From the human T2T-CHM13v2.0 reference genome, Homo sapiens, in the NCBI GenBank assembly GCA_009914755.4, contig CP068257.2, positions 29,888,001-29,952,000 of the forward strand: 64,000 nt of DNA. Direction: 5' to 3'. Shown piece after piece: positions 16,684 to 32,842 of this stretch (positions are counted from its first letter, which is position 1; every line of letters starts with the position of its first letter). The position numbers and the translations under genes are program-made. The notes under the pieces are model-generated. The model did not search any database, was not told the DNA's origin, and saw only the letters and a list, made by a program, of their open reading frames with translations.

Positions 16684-17555
16684 CAACCTAAAAACCTATA
16701 GTCACCCCACAGGTATCTGCTGACGTGTGTCCCCCAGCAGAGCTGAGTGGGCAGGGCTGGGGTGAGCAAGGAGTGAGGAGAAACGGGTGGAACAGGGCAT
16801 GGGCACGAGCCCTATGGCCTCAGACCTCATCTCAAGCCACGGGGAAGATGATGAATTCTAAACCCCAACACTCAGACACATACTAGGGAGACAGCTGACC
16901 TCCCATGGAAGTCACATTGAAAGGTTAGGACAAGATGGCAGGGACCAGGAGGCCATGTTCAGGAGAGAGGGCAAGAAGAGGGCATTAGCTTCCTAGGCCT
17001 GCCATGACAGAGACGTTGATTGTCACAGTTCTGGACACTAGAAGTCCAAAATCCAAAGTGTTGGCAGGACTGCACTCCCTCAAGAGACTCTCGGGAAGGA
17101 TCCTTCCTTGCCTCTTCCAACTTCTGGTAGCTCCGGGCGGCTTCTTGGCTTGTGGCTGCATTGCTGCAATTCTGCCTCTGTCTTCGTGTGGCATTCTCTG
17201 TGTGCCCACACCTCTGTATCTGAACCATTGGATCTGGGGTCCACTATAATCCAGTAGGACCCCTTCTTATCTGATGACAACTGCAAAGACCCTATGTCCA
17301 AAGGCGGCCACATTCTGAAGTTCCAGTGACATGAGTGTTTGGAGGGATAGTATTCAACTCACCCGCATAGGGCTGAACATAGGTCAAGGGTCTTGGGACT
17401 GAAGAGGAGCAAGCAAAGGAAAAAAATATAGCAAGGTGTATGACAGTAAAGAAGATGTGCTATCTTTTTGGTTGGGGGGGATGCAAAAATTAGCACGCCT
17501 GTGCTTATATAAACCAATACTGCAAGAAATCGCAAAAAAAAAAAAAAAAGTATTA

Positions 17556-17903
<348 letters not shown>

Positions 17904-18343
17904 TTAAGGGATGGGGTGAGCACAAGACTGCTCTATGTGTACTTCATTATAATCTTTTTAATCTTGAAACCATGTAAAGGCATTATTTATCCAAACAAAG
18001 AAAACTTAAAAACAATGTTTTGGAAGTGAAAATTACAAATGGATGAATCTCACAAACATAACAGTGAACGAAAGACACCAAATACAATCAAGTACATCCT
18101 GTGCGATTCCTTACTATCAAGTACAAAAATACATCTATGGGGTTAGAAATCAGGATTGGGGTTGCCCTGAAGGGGGCGCAACAGGAAAGTTTCTGGGGTC
18201 TCAGCATGTTCTGTTTCTAGATCTATGTGCTGGTTACATGGTTTTATCCCATTTGTAAGAATTCATCAAGCTGTACAAATACAATAACGTACACTTTTCT
18301 GTATGTATGTTATATTTAATTTCAATAATTTTTTAATTAAATA

Positions 18344-18562
18344 CATATGTGGCCAGGTGCGGTTACTCACGCCTATAATCCCAGTACTTTGGGAGGTTGA
18401 GACAGAAGGAATGCATGAGGCCAGAAGTTTGAGACCAGCCTGGGCAACACAGTGAGACCCTGTCTCTATAAAAAATTTTTTAAATAGCCGGGTGTCATGG
18501 CATGCGCCTGTAGTCTCAGCTACTCAGGAGGCTGAGATGGGAGAAGACCGTATCTCTATATA
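18344..18562 (+). mobile_element. Alu SINE, 3' truncated
   Basis: ggccaggtgcggttactcacgcctataatcccagtactttgggaggttgagacagaaggaatgcatgaggccag ... cctgtagtctcagctactcaggaggctgagatgggagaagacc, then non-Alu sequence. Confidence 0.88.
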
Positions 18563-18611
18563 AATTAAAAAGTATTTTTAAAATAAGTAAATATATACAT
18601 AATGTTAGTGC

Positions 18612-18662
18612 ATAGCTTCCTATCTGTAAAATGGGGATGATATCACCCCGTTTACAGCAAAG
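18612..18662 (+). mobile_element. Possible short MIR fragment
   Basis: agcttcctatctgtaaaatggggatgatatcacc matches the MIR core tcctcatctgtaaaatggggataataatagtacc. Confidence 0.4.
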
Positions 18663-19329
18663 CTCTCCTGCCTGAGGACGCCCAGAATTCCAAGGAAGAA
18701 CACAGAATGCTGTCATCATTCAAGCCCAATGTCATGCACGTCCATGTCACATGCTCTAAAAGATTTTTCCAAAAGAAATATGGACATGACAATGTTTTCA
18801 TTAATGCTGCCTTGGTTTCGAAAGAGATTTGGCCCCTTATTGTCAAAGCCTGAAATTTTAGCTGCAAAGCAAGCGGGGAGGGGTCCCTGAAAACGTTTTT
18901 ATGCATTTCTCGCTGAAACAAAAGACCAAAAATGGACTTTCCCCAAGAAGTGGTGGGAGGAGGGGCAGCCTGCACGCATCGTCCCTGCACGGCCGCTCAT
19001 TCCAGCCACCTACCATGCCTCCCGTAATGGAAACACCACATTTAAACAGGTGTCGTAACAGTAAAGGGGCCCCATAAATGGGAAACCCAGGAGGCCTCTC
19101 AGAGCTGGACAGCTGGTGCGAAAGGGAGGGTTACAGACCTAAGTGGTCCCCAGACTTCCGGAGTCTGCTATCCTTCACCTCACACACTCTTAAACGTCCA
19201 TTTGCCTCCAAGAGCACACACACACCACATACATTAAATCTCTCAACAGGAAATTTCTTCCATTCTTAAATGGTCTCGACTAAATAAAATACCTTTGACA
19301 GAGTATTCTGAGGCACTGGATTGTATTAA

Positions 19330-19655
<326 letters not shown>

Positions 19656-19859
19656 GGAATGGGCTAGTTATTCTGTACTAAACCTTCTGCTCAGTTTAGC
19701 AGAGTCACATGGACACTCCGGACTGCTTCACAGAGGGACACGAAATGAGAAGGGGGAGGGCAATGTGGTGGCCCTGGCAGACGCAGAATTCAGGGGAGGG
19801 TGAGAATCAGTGAATCCCAGCCACATAAGCACCCAAGTGCTGCTAGCAGTTGATGAGAG

Positions 19860-20000
19860 TGGATTTCATCGCACCCAGGTTGTGTGGCCTGTCACGGATC
19901 TAATCTCTTTGCTTCTCCAATTTTTCATCTGTAAAATGGGATGGCAGTACTCACCTTTTGAGGACTTCTTAATGATAACATGTAAAGTATCAAAAAGGCC
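19860..20000 (+). mobile_element. MIR SINE fragment
   Basis: gtgtggcctgtcacggatctaatctctttgcttctccaatttttcatctgtaaaatgggatggcagtactcaccttttgaggacttcttaatgataacatgtaaagtatcaaaaaggcccagtgcaag matches the MIR body through its 3' part (gtaaagcgcttagaacagtgcctggcac). Confidence 0.7.
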
Positions 20001-20007
20001 CAGTGCA

Positions 20008-20150
20008 AGCTGTGGTACGCACCTGTAATATCAGCTACTTGGGAGGCTGAGGCACAAGGATCACTTGAGCCCAGGAGTTCAAGACCAGCCTAGGCAACAT
20101 AGTGAAACCTCGTCTCAAAAAAACATAAAAAAAAAAGAAAAAAAAAATTA
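20008..20150 (+). mobile_element. Alu monomer-like fragment (free right-arm-type monomer)
   Basis: ggtacgcacctgtaatatcagctacttgggaggctgaggcacaaggatcacttgagcccaggagttcaagaccagcctaggcaacatagtgaaacctcgtctcaaaaaaacataaaaaaaaaagaaaaaaaaaa. Confidence 0.75.
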
Positions 20151-20194
20151 AGGCCTAGCACAAGGGAAAGGATCAATAAAAGGTAGGAAGTACA

Positions 20195-20493
<299 letters not shown>

Positions 20494-20556
20494 GGTAGCG
20501 AGTACAATGGTTATAGTCCTAAACACCACTTATAAAAGTATTCAAGTGGCCGGAAG

Positions 20557-20675
20557 AGGTGGCTCACGCCTATAATCCCGGCACTTTGGGAAGCTGAGGC
20601 AGGAGGATCGCTTAAGCCTGGGAGTTTGTGACCAGCTTGGGCAACATACGGGGACCCCCATCTCTGCAGATGAGG
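20557..20675 (+). mobile_element. FLAM-like Alu left monomer
   Basis: ggccggaagaggtggctcacgcctataatcccggcactttgggaagctgaggcaggaggatcgcttaagcctgggagtttgtgaccagcttgggcaacatacggggacccccatctctgc, with no right arm. Confidence 0.8.
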
Positions 20676-21266
20676 CTCTCATATGTCCAGCCTGCTCACT
20701 TCTTAAACTTCTGGTTCATAAAATCAAAGACTCACGACACTGGAAGCTAGAAAGGACCTCAGAAACAACATCTCACAGATGAGGAATCCAAAGACAGTTG
20801 TTCATAGTTTTCTTTTGTTTGTTTTTTTTGCTCTGAGGCGTAAGAAAGATTTAAGTGATAAGATAATGATAGTGTTTTGTAAACACTTATAACAATGTTT
20901 AAAGTAATAAACACGAAAAGTAAAGTCTACCTGAAAAGTAAAGAAATGGAGAAAGAGAGAGAGCCGGAGATATTGTTCAATTAACAGCAACAAAATAAAG
21001 TGAAATGATTAAGATTCCGTTGCTAGTTAGGCTGTGGTGAGTCCAATATACTTATTATTGATAAATTCATATATGGATATATACATCAACTGATGAAGAC
21101 CAATCAAGCTTCTGGAAGGCAGTTTGGCAATTCAAATCAAGAGCTATTTTTTACAGTGTCATATTTAATACATATTGAATACAGAACCCACATCCTGGGA
21201 ATTTATCCTGAGAAAAGTATGTTTAGAAAAGAAAGCAAGCAAACAATATATACTTAAAGAATGTCA

Positions 21267-21590
<324 letters not shown>

Positions 21591-22235
21591 TATTAAAATA
21601 GTGATGAAAATAATACTACATAAATGTTCAATTACAGGAGAATAGTTAAGTAAATTATGAGCTCACTGAAATGTATGACCATTATAAATGAGAAATATGA
21701 GGATAAAGTGGCTACAATATGCAGGCTGATGGTGTAACACTACCTGAAAAGAAACAAAATACAAAGCTGTATCTATTTAAGAGTTACAATTATATAAAAA
21801 GTACATCCAAAATATGGATAAGAAAAAACAGAGAAAACCAAAAGCAACCAATGTGTTCCTATCCTAGGAATGCAGAAGAATGTCTCCTTTTAAATGCATT
21901 TTATTGTTCTTACAAAAATCATGCAGTCAATAAAAATACATTTTAAAAGAATAAGCTGATCCATGTGCAGCACAAAATCCCTTTCGAAGCTAAGTGCTTG
22001 CCCAACTGCCTAGAAAAATAGGTTGGGAAAGTCAAGCAAAGGCCTGAATCCTTATCAGATCTCAATTAGCAATTTCCTCACTTTCCCTAAAACCAGTGCC
22101 CTCACCCCTCCCTCTGTGGTCATTCGAAATGAAGACTATGCCCTCAACCCTTGACCCAACCACAGGCATTCAAGCCAGGCTCCTCCCATGAAGATCTCCT
22201 TCATTCTTCTGAATGCTTAGTAATGGGTACAGCAG

Positions 22236-22550
22236 GCCAGGTGCGGTGGCTCACGCCTGTAATCCCAGCACTTTGGGAGGCCGAGGCGGGAGGATGACAA
22301 AGTCAGGAGAACGAGACCATCCTGGCTAACACGGTGAAACTCCGTCTCTACTAAAAATAAAAAAAAAATTAGCCGGGCGTGGTGGTGTGTGCCTGTATTC
22401 CCAGCTTCTGGGGAGGCTGAGGCAGGAGAATGGCGTGAACCCAGGAGGAGGAGCTTACAGTGAGCCGAGACCGCGCCACTGCACTCCAGCCTGGGGGATA
22501 GAGCGAGACTCCGTCTCAAAAAAAAAGAAAAAAAAAAGTAATAGGTACAG
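22236..22550 (+). mobile_element. Alu SINE (AluY-like)
   Basis: ggccaggtgcggtggctcacgcctgtaatcccagcactttgggaggccgaggcgggaggatgacaaagtcaggagaacgagaccatcctggctaacacggtgaaactccgtctc ... ggagaatggcgtgaacccagg ... poly-A. TSD taat(g/a)ggtacagca. Confidence 0.95.
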
Positions 22551-22781
22551 CATTGTGGGATCATCTCACCTCTGAGGCAAAATGTTTTCTCCTTGAGGTT
22601 AGGGAACTCAGCTTCTCTCTATTTCTACTTGCCCCCCAACCCTTACTACTCCCTCAAGGATCATCCATGATTTTCTACACATAGGCTCAGTATCCAGGTA
22701 CAAATTCTTCCGCAACCAATTGCAGGTTAGGTCCTGGGCTGCTCAGTCCCTGTGACACTTTTTAAAAACCCAGGTCCACGG

Positions 22782-23162
<381 letters not shown>

Positions 23163-24029
23163 TTATCTGCTGGTTCCAAACTGCTTGCCTACCCTGCTTC
23201 CCCCTCAGAGTACATGCTGCCTCATGTTGCCTCTTCCTATACATCAGTTTCACCCTGGCTGGAAACTGCTCATCAGCAACTAAGAGAAACTTTCTTCTCC
23301 AATGGGCCCATAGGGAAGTTGCCCTCTCTGATCTCTCCTGAGTAAAATCCCCTTTTCACTTTGGGCTTCTCGTCCCACAGCCGCCACCATTCCAAGCTCG
23401 CGCTCTTGGCAATGACCTGCGCGTCATGCGTGCGTACAGACTGCTGAGTTACAAATCGGGGCAAGTTTATCCAAACACAGGCCAAGCTCCTCCACAGCAG
23501 CGCCGTGGGAGATGAATGTGGCTGAGACCTTGCCATCTAAGAGTTTGCGGTCTGGCAAGTGTCCACAGAGACCCAAGCTAGACTATAACAACACACAGAA
23601 AAGAGTCATGAAACATTGTAACGATTCAGAAGGGAAGGGACGACTTCAAGTCACGGAGGAAGCAGAACATCGAGGAAAACTGTAAGAAGATGGCTGATTT
23701 CAACCACACCTAGAAGAGGAGGTAGATTTTGACGTGCAGAAATAGGAATGTCCCAGATCTGGAAACAGTGTGAGCAAAAGAATAAGAAAACAGGATATAT
23801 CCCCGAGGAGAAGTAACTCCTGTTTCACTGGCTCAAAGGATTTGAACAAGGAGTCCTGTCAGACAAGATTGAAAAACAAGGTCTGGACCAGTAGGGCTAG
23901 CCATAGCCACCGAAAGTTTAAAACACAGGTGGCGTATCAGAGCTAAGCTTTCAGAAAATCAAGCTTCTTAGCACTGAGGACATATCCATATTACACGTCC
24001 TTAACCAATTTAAATAGGCAGTCTTAAGA

Positions 24030-24335
24030 CCCAGCACAGTGGCTCACGCCTGTAATTCCAGGACTTTGGGAGGCCAAGGTGGGCAGATCGTTCAAGTCAG
24101 GAGTTCAAGACCAACCTGGCGAACACAGCGAAAACCCATCTGTATTAAAAATATAAAAATTAGCTGGGCATGGTGGCAAGTGCCTGTAATCCCAGCTACT
24201 CAGGAGGCTGAGACAGGAGAATCGCTTGAACCCGGGAGGCGGAGGTTGCAGTGCCAAGATCATATCACTGCACTCCAGCCAGGGGGGCAGAGGGAGATGG
24301 TCTCAAAAAATAAATAATAAATAAATAAATAAAAA
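24030..24335 (+). mobile_element. Alu SINE with (AAAT)n tail
   Basis: cccagcacagtggctcacgcctgtaattccaggactttgggaggccaaggtgggcagatcgttcaagtcagg ... ggtctcaaaaaataaataataaataaataaataaaaata. Confidence 0.92.
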
Positions 24336-24336
24336 T

Positions 24337-24650
24337 AGGCCACTTGTGGTGGCTCACGCCTGTAATCCCAGCACTTTGGGAGGCCCAGGTAGGCAGATTA
24401 CATGAGGTCAGGAGTTCAAGAGCAGCCTGGCCAACATGGTGAAACCCCACCCCTACAAAAATACAAAAATTAGCCAGGCACGATGGTGGGCGCCTGTAAT
24501 CCCAGCTACTCAGGAGGCTGAGGCAGGAGAATCACTTGAACCCCGGTGGCAAAGGTTGCAGTCAGCTGAGATCACGCCATTGCACTCCAGCCTGGGTAAC
24601 AGAGCAAGACTCCGTCTCAAAATAAATAAATAAACAAGCAAACAAACAGG
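24337..24650 (+). mobile_element. Alu SINE directly following the previous Alu
   Basis: ggccacttgtggtggctcacgcctgtaatcccagcactttgggaggcccaggtaggcagattacatgaggtcagg ... gactccgtctcaaaataaataaataaacaagcaaacaaacagg. Confidence 0.92.
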
Positions 24651-24722
24651 CAGTCTAACAGAGCAGCTGGGCATGGTTATGGGTTGAACTGTAGCCCTCA
24701 AAAAAAGATATGTCAAAATCCT

Positions 24723-25012
24723 GGCCAGGCACGGTGGCTCACGCCTGTAATCCCAGCACTTTGGGAGGCCGAGGCAGGTGGATCACAAGGTCAGGAGATC
24801 GAGACCATCCTGGCTAACATGGTGAAACCCCATCTCTACTAAAAATACAAAAAATTAGCCAGGCGTGGCAGCATGCGCCTGTATTCCCAGCTTCTGGGGA
24901 GGCTGAGGCAGGAGAATGGCGTGAACCCGGGAGGCGGAGCTTGCAGTAAGCCAAGATCACGCCACTGTACTCCAGCCTGGGTGACAGAGTGAGACTCCGT
25001 CTCAAAAAAAAA
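24723..25012 (+). mobile_element. Alu SINE (AluY-like)
   Basis: ggccaggcacggtggctcacgcctgtaatcccagcactttgggaggccgaggcaggtggatcacaaggtcaggagatcgagaccatcctggctaacatggtgaaaccc ... ggagaatggcgtgaacccggg ... poly-A. 22 bp TSD aaaaaagatatgtcaaaa(t/c)cct at 24700-24722 and about 25005-25027. Confidence 0.96.
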
Positions 25013-25029
25013 AGATATGTCAAAACCTT

Positions 25030-25440
25030 AATCCCTGGTACCTGTGAATGTGAGCTTCTTTGGAAACAGGGTCTTTGCAGATATAATCAAGTTAAGAAGA
25101 GGTCATACTGAATTAGGCTGGGCCCTACAGCCAATAGCTGATAACCTTATAAGAGAAAGGGGGAGATGTGGAAACAGACACACAGACACACATGGAGAAT
25201 GCAGCCATGTGATAATGTCAGAGATTGGAATGATAATGTGACAAGCCAAGGATTGCCTGGAGCCACCAAAAGCTGGAAGAGGCAAGAAAAGAATTTTCCC
25301 TAGGGCCCTCAGAGGGAGTGTGGCCCTGTTGACACCTTGATTACAGACTTCTAGCCTCCAGTTCTGTGAAAGAATAAACTTCTGTTGTCTTAAGTCACCA
25401 GATTGAGGTACCTTGTTACCGGGAGGAAACTAACAAAGAC
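25030..25440 (+). mobile_element. Ancient interspersed repeat, family not assigned (the ...cttctagcctccagttctgtgaaagaataaacttctgttgtcttaagtcacc... family)
   Basis: gggtctttgcagatataatcaagttaagaagaggtcatactg ... ggaaacagacacacagacacacatggagaatgcagccatgtgataatg ... gacaccttgattacagacttctagcctccagttctgtgaaagaataaacttctgttgtcttaagtcaccag is a very common mammalian repeat consensus. I cannot name the RepeatMasker family with certainty. Confidence 0.6.
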
Positions 25441-26261
25441 ATGAATTAAATGTCTTGGAAATCATCAATGCTTTGGGACATTCAGAGAAGATGGGATCAT
25501 TCATGAACCAGGAGGCAATCCTAGAGAAAAGCTGAAGTCATGAGACACAACCATGATTGGGACTGTGGATATAAGACTAGTGTCTAAGGAGAAAGGGGAA
25601 AAAAGGGGAGGCACTCAACCCTCCAAGGTCAACAATGTTCTGATGACTGAGGGTCTTGGTTCAATCCCAGCCTGAAAGGATCCATTAATAGCGCTAATCC
25701 TTCCATTGAGATTTAATCACTGGGCTCCTCTGTGGCCCCCACTGGCTTTCTCATCTTTGTTCACTCTGACAGAGCCCACATATTCTTTATTCTTCCCAAG
25801 GTCCTTGTTGTTAAGAGGAACACTTTGTGATTAATCTCCATGTGTAAAGTGGATTACAAAACGAGAAAATATGACTTTGGGGGGCTTAAGTGTCCACTAG
25901 TCACACCCATTCAAAGATGAAGGTGTATATTCATTAATGTGATTTTTCTGATTATACAAGTAACTACTACTCATCACAAAATCTTTCAAAGTTAGAGAAA
26001 ATCATACAGAAGAAAATAAGTTGCTTTTATACAGGAAGAGAAAAAAATTGTTTTAATTTATTTTAAAAAAAATTTTTAATAAAAGAAAATAACAACCACC
26101 CTTAATCTCAACACTAAAGAATATTTATAATGGGTATTCTGGCACACTTTATGTAATGAAAAGAGGTATTTGTAATTTAAAAAAAAAAAAAAACTGTGAT
26201 GGAATCTTCCAGAAGAATTACCCAGGTAGAAGGAAAAAAAAATGTTAAAAAGAAACCAGAG

Positions 26262-26621
<360 letters not shown>

Positions 26622-28117
26622 CTATTAACCATTTTAACACTGCTAGAGGTCAGAAATATTTTATTCATGGCAAAGGAAAAAATTCAAGGATATGCATGTC
26701 ACAGCATCTACAGTGGGAGTAAAAACTATTAAACCTGACTCTCCTCTGCTCCAGAATTCCACGAAGTAACTTGTTGAAGCTTGAAAAACCTTGAGTTTTC
26801 AAGTTTTTCCCAAATTAAAGTTCTCTAGCAACCATAATGCAGCAACCAAGACCATATCTTATACCCTTGAAACAACTTTCCCCAAAGCCCTGTTACTACT
26901 GTCTCAGCTGTCTCAGCTGCAGGGCTGTGCCCCAAAATAGTGGGGGGGGGCTGGCTCCTATGTTGTAATAAAGATAAGGTCCAGGCATTCCAGCTTACTA
27001 GTTGCTAGTTGCTAGGAGGCTCATAAATTCACTTTTCCTGACTTGGATGAGATTCAGAACTGCTGTATCACAGGCTGAGAAGACATGGATCACTACAATT
27101 AAAATTCAGTCTGTCCAAAAGGAACAATTTTAGCCCTTCCCACTCTAATAAGCTACATTAACTGGTCCTGTTTTAAAGAATGGGCAGTTAACTGGGATCT
27201 CTAAAGTCTTTGTCATGAAGACTGCAGGTTCCTCATGCTAACCGGCAACTTTTAGAAACAAAGTATATCTGGTTTTGAGCCCATCTTCCAAGAAAGAGAC
27301 TGTCATTTGTGTATTCTTACTTGAAGTCCACTGAAATTGTGGCAACAGACTCCCACAAACTTTTAAGATAATTTGAATTGTTTGATACAATTGGTGAGGT
27401 TTCACAGGGCCAAGGTTGCAGGCAGATCCAACCCTCAAAATTAAAGCAATTAGCTGTCCGTCAGCAGGGGGAAAAAAGGAAAAAAACTACAGGGTGAGGA
27501 TTTTCAATCTACTTTTAAGGAATTCGATTGCTAAATTGTTTAGTTAACTAAGAACCACAGTTACAAGGTTTTAATTTTTATAATTACAATGAAATGTTAA
27601 AGTTCAATTGATATAATTGTGGCACTGAAATTGTAACTTCTAATCACAGAGATTTCAAGATGAGATAATTATTTGAACATTCACACATCTTTTCTAAAAT
27701 GTCATGGTAGACCATGCACCACACTTGGAACGTTTTCTGAAAATATTTTCAATGCTCGATAAACTGCTTAAGAGGAGTAATTTTGTAATAATCACCCAGC
27801 AATATATTAACCATAACAGATTTGAGGGTTAAGGATGAGCTTTGCATGACACAGTTATTAGCAATATCCAGAAGACATTAATTGAAAGAACTTGCTCAAG
27901 CACACAAAAGCCCAAAACACCTGAAATTATTATCTAGCTTTAAAGAACTTTCTACTGTATAAAAGGAAGATACACTTTCTTAATTTAATTCCAGCTAAAA
28001 TAATAACCAAAAGCTGATGCCTCAAGATAGCTCAGTTCCAAATATCTAGAAAGTACAAGATTCTTTCCTAAGACATTTCAACATGTGATCTCGAATAGTA
28101 TTTGTTATTTGTGTCTT

Positions 28118-28420
28118 TTTTTTTTTTTTTTTTTTTTTGCTGAGAGAGTCCCGCTGTGTCACCCAGGCTGGAGTACAGTGGCGAGATCTCAGCTCACTGC
28201 AACCTCCGCCTCCTGGGTTCAAGCAATTCTCATGTGCCTCAGTCTCCTCAGTAGCTGAGATTACAGGTGTGTGCCACCACACCCAGCCAATTTTTGTATT
28301 TTTAGTAGGGACGGGTTTCGCCATGTTGGCCAGGCTGGTCTCGAACTCCTGACCTCAAGTGATCTGACCACCTCAGCCTCTCAAAGTGTTGGGATTACAG
28401 GCGTGACCCACCGTGCCAGG
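28118..28420 (-). mobile_element. Alu SINE, antisense
   Basis: Poly-T(26) then gctgagagagtcccgctgtgtcacccaggctggagtacagtggcgagatctcagctcactgcaacctccgcctcctgggttcaagc ... ggcgtgacccaccgtgccaggcc. TSD atctgtgtctttt. Confidence 0.94.
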
Positions 28421-28477
28421 CCATCTGTGTCTTTTAAATGTGGGGTTTCTCAACCTTAACCTTTTGTTGTTGTTTTT

Positions 28478-28770
28478 TTTTTTTTTTGAGACGAGAGCCT
28501 CGTTCTGTCACTCAGGCTGGAGTGCAATGGCACAATCTCAGCTCACTGCAAACTCTGCTCCTGGGCTCAAACAATCCTCCTGCCTCAGCCTCCCAAGTAG
28601 CTGGGACTACAGGCATGCACCACCATGCCCAGCTAATTTTTGTATTTTTTTCTAGAGATGGGTCTTCACCATGTTGGCCAGGCTGGTCTCGAACTCCTGG
28701 CCACAAGCGATCCACCCACCTCAGCCTCCCCAAGTGCCAGCATTGCAGGCATGAGCCACCGTGCCAGGCC
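28478..28770 (-). mobile_element. Alu SINE, antisense
   Basis: Poly-T then gagacgagagcctcgttctgtcactcaggctggagtgcaatggcacaatctcagctcactgcaaactctgctcctgggctcaaac ... ggcatgagccaccgtgccaggcc. Confidence 0.93.
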
Positions 28771-29329
28771 AAGCTGAACATTATTGACTATGGACCTGAT
28801 CACTGTCCTGGTGGGCTGTTCTATGCACTGGAGGATGTTCAGCAGCATCATTGGCCTTTACCCACTAGATGCCACTAGAACCTCTCTAGCCATGACAACC
28901 AAAAATATCTCCAGACATTGCCAAATGTTTGGAGGCAAGGCTGCCCCCAGTTGAGAGCCTCTGTATTAATAAAACACAACAAAAACTACCACCCAGCAAA
29001 AGTTTAACACCCAAAAGCTGATACCAAAGGTAGTTCACTTCCAAATCTCATTGCAAATATTTCCTTCAAGAAGCTCTGATAAATAAAATAACTGAGTGAT
29101 TCAGAGTTTTTTTAAGTAAACAAAGTTTTGCTTTTTTTAAGTGTGAAATTGGTGTTTTAAAACAAAATGTTTCCTGTGTTCCTTTTCTTGATCTATAACT
29201 TAATTAGTCATGCCAGAAGTGTAGAAAAGGAAATGTAAATTAGCATACCACCTACATATGTAGTGAAAAGTATTGGCAGAATCATGACTAAGTAAACATT
29301 TTTTATTGACTTTCAGCTTTTAAAAATAA

Positions 29330-30640
<1,311 letters not shown>

Positions 30641-30910
30641 AAAAACAATCTATAGAGAAAACCTAGAAGACTTAATCATGATTACAGAAATACAATGTAC
30701 CAACACAACATTACCACTCCTGACTGCTGACGGAGCTGGGGGTAGAGCCAGGAAGAAAGTTAAGGAGAAAAAGAGAAGATCAGGACATCCATTTCTAATT
30801 TCACAAGGGCAGGGAGGGATTAAAAGTCACTGTCATTGGTTGATGTAACTAAATTAAAGGTCTATGTCAGTAATATAAAGACTGAAGAATAATCAATTCA
30901 AGAACCATAA

Positions 30911-31438
<528 letters not shown>

Positions 31439-31446
31439 AAAAAAAA

Positions 31447-31738
31447 TGCCATGGCTCACACCTGTAATCCAGAACTTTGGGAGGCTGAGGCAGGAGGATC
31501 GCTTGAGTCCAGGAGTTCAAGACCAGCCTGAGCACTATGGTAGAACCCCTATCTCTATAGCAAAAAATTAAAAAATTAGCCGGCCATACTGGCATGCACC
31601 TGTAGTCCCAGCTACTCCAAAGGCTGAGGCAGGAGGATCGCTTGAGCCTGGGTGCTTGAGGCTGCAGTGAGCCGTGACTGCACTACAGTCTAGGCAGCAG
31701 AGCGAGACCCTATCTCAAAGAAAAGAAAAAAAGAACCA
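31447..31738 (+). mobile_element. Alu SINE, third array member
   Basis: ccatggctcacacctgtaatccagaactttgggaggctgaggcaggaggatcgcttgagtccaggagttcaagaccagcctgagcactatgg ... gagaccctatctcaaagaaaagaaaaaaagaacca. Confidence 0.92.
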
Positions 31739-31898
31739 TAAGTATAATTATCAAAAAATGTGGAGAATGAAGGAAGTAGGTGAGATGCAATTGCCACTCA
31801 TTATAACAGGAAGCTGAGAATTAAATCATATATTCATACTATTTAGAGATATAAAGATAATCACTAGAAGCACTAAAAACAAAAATGAACAAATGTAA

Positions 31899-32278
<380 letters not shown>

Positions 32279-32473
32279 TGAGTCGAAGTATCTGCATGAA
32301 ATAAAAATATAATTTATGTCAGAAAAAATATTAAACTAGATCATTACTACTGAGTAAAATTGTGAATTAAGTGTGATTTAAGCAAAACCAACTCAAGTTT
32401 GATAGACAAAAACTGCGTCCCTACTACAAAGGTAGCTGAGAGATGTAGGCTGGATCCTTAACAAGAAACCTCC

Positions 32474-32842
<369 letters not shown>

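Noticed and set aside
28770-28960. Segment ...cactgtcctggtgggctgttctatgcactggaggatgttcagcagcatcattggcctttacccactagatgccactagaacctctctagccatgacaaccaaaaatatctccagacattgccaaatgtttggaggcaaggctgcccccagttgagagcctctg... looked like a structured RNA or conserved element
   Set aside because: I recognise the ...aaaaatgtctccagacattgccaaatgtcccctgggggcaaaatcgcccccggttgagaaccactg... motif as a common ancient interspersed repeat consensus, though I cannot name the family. It is therefore not a locus-specific element. I left it out of the feature table because I cannot assign the family confidently.
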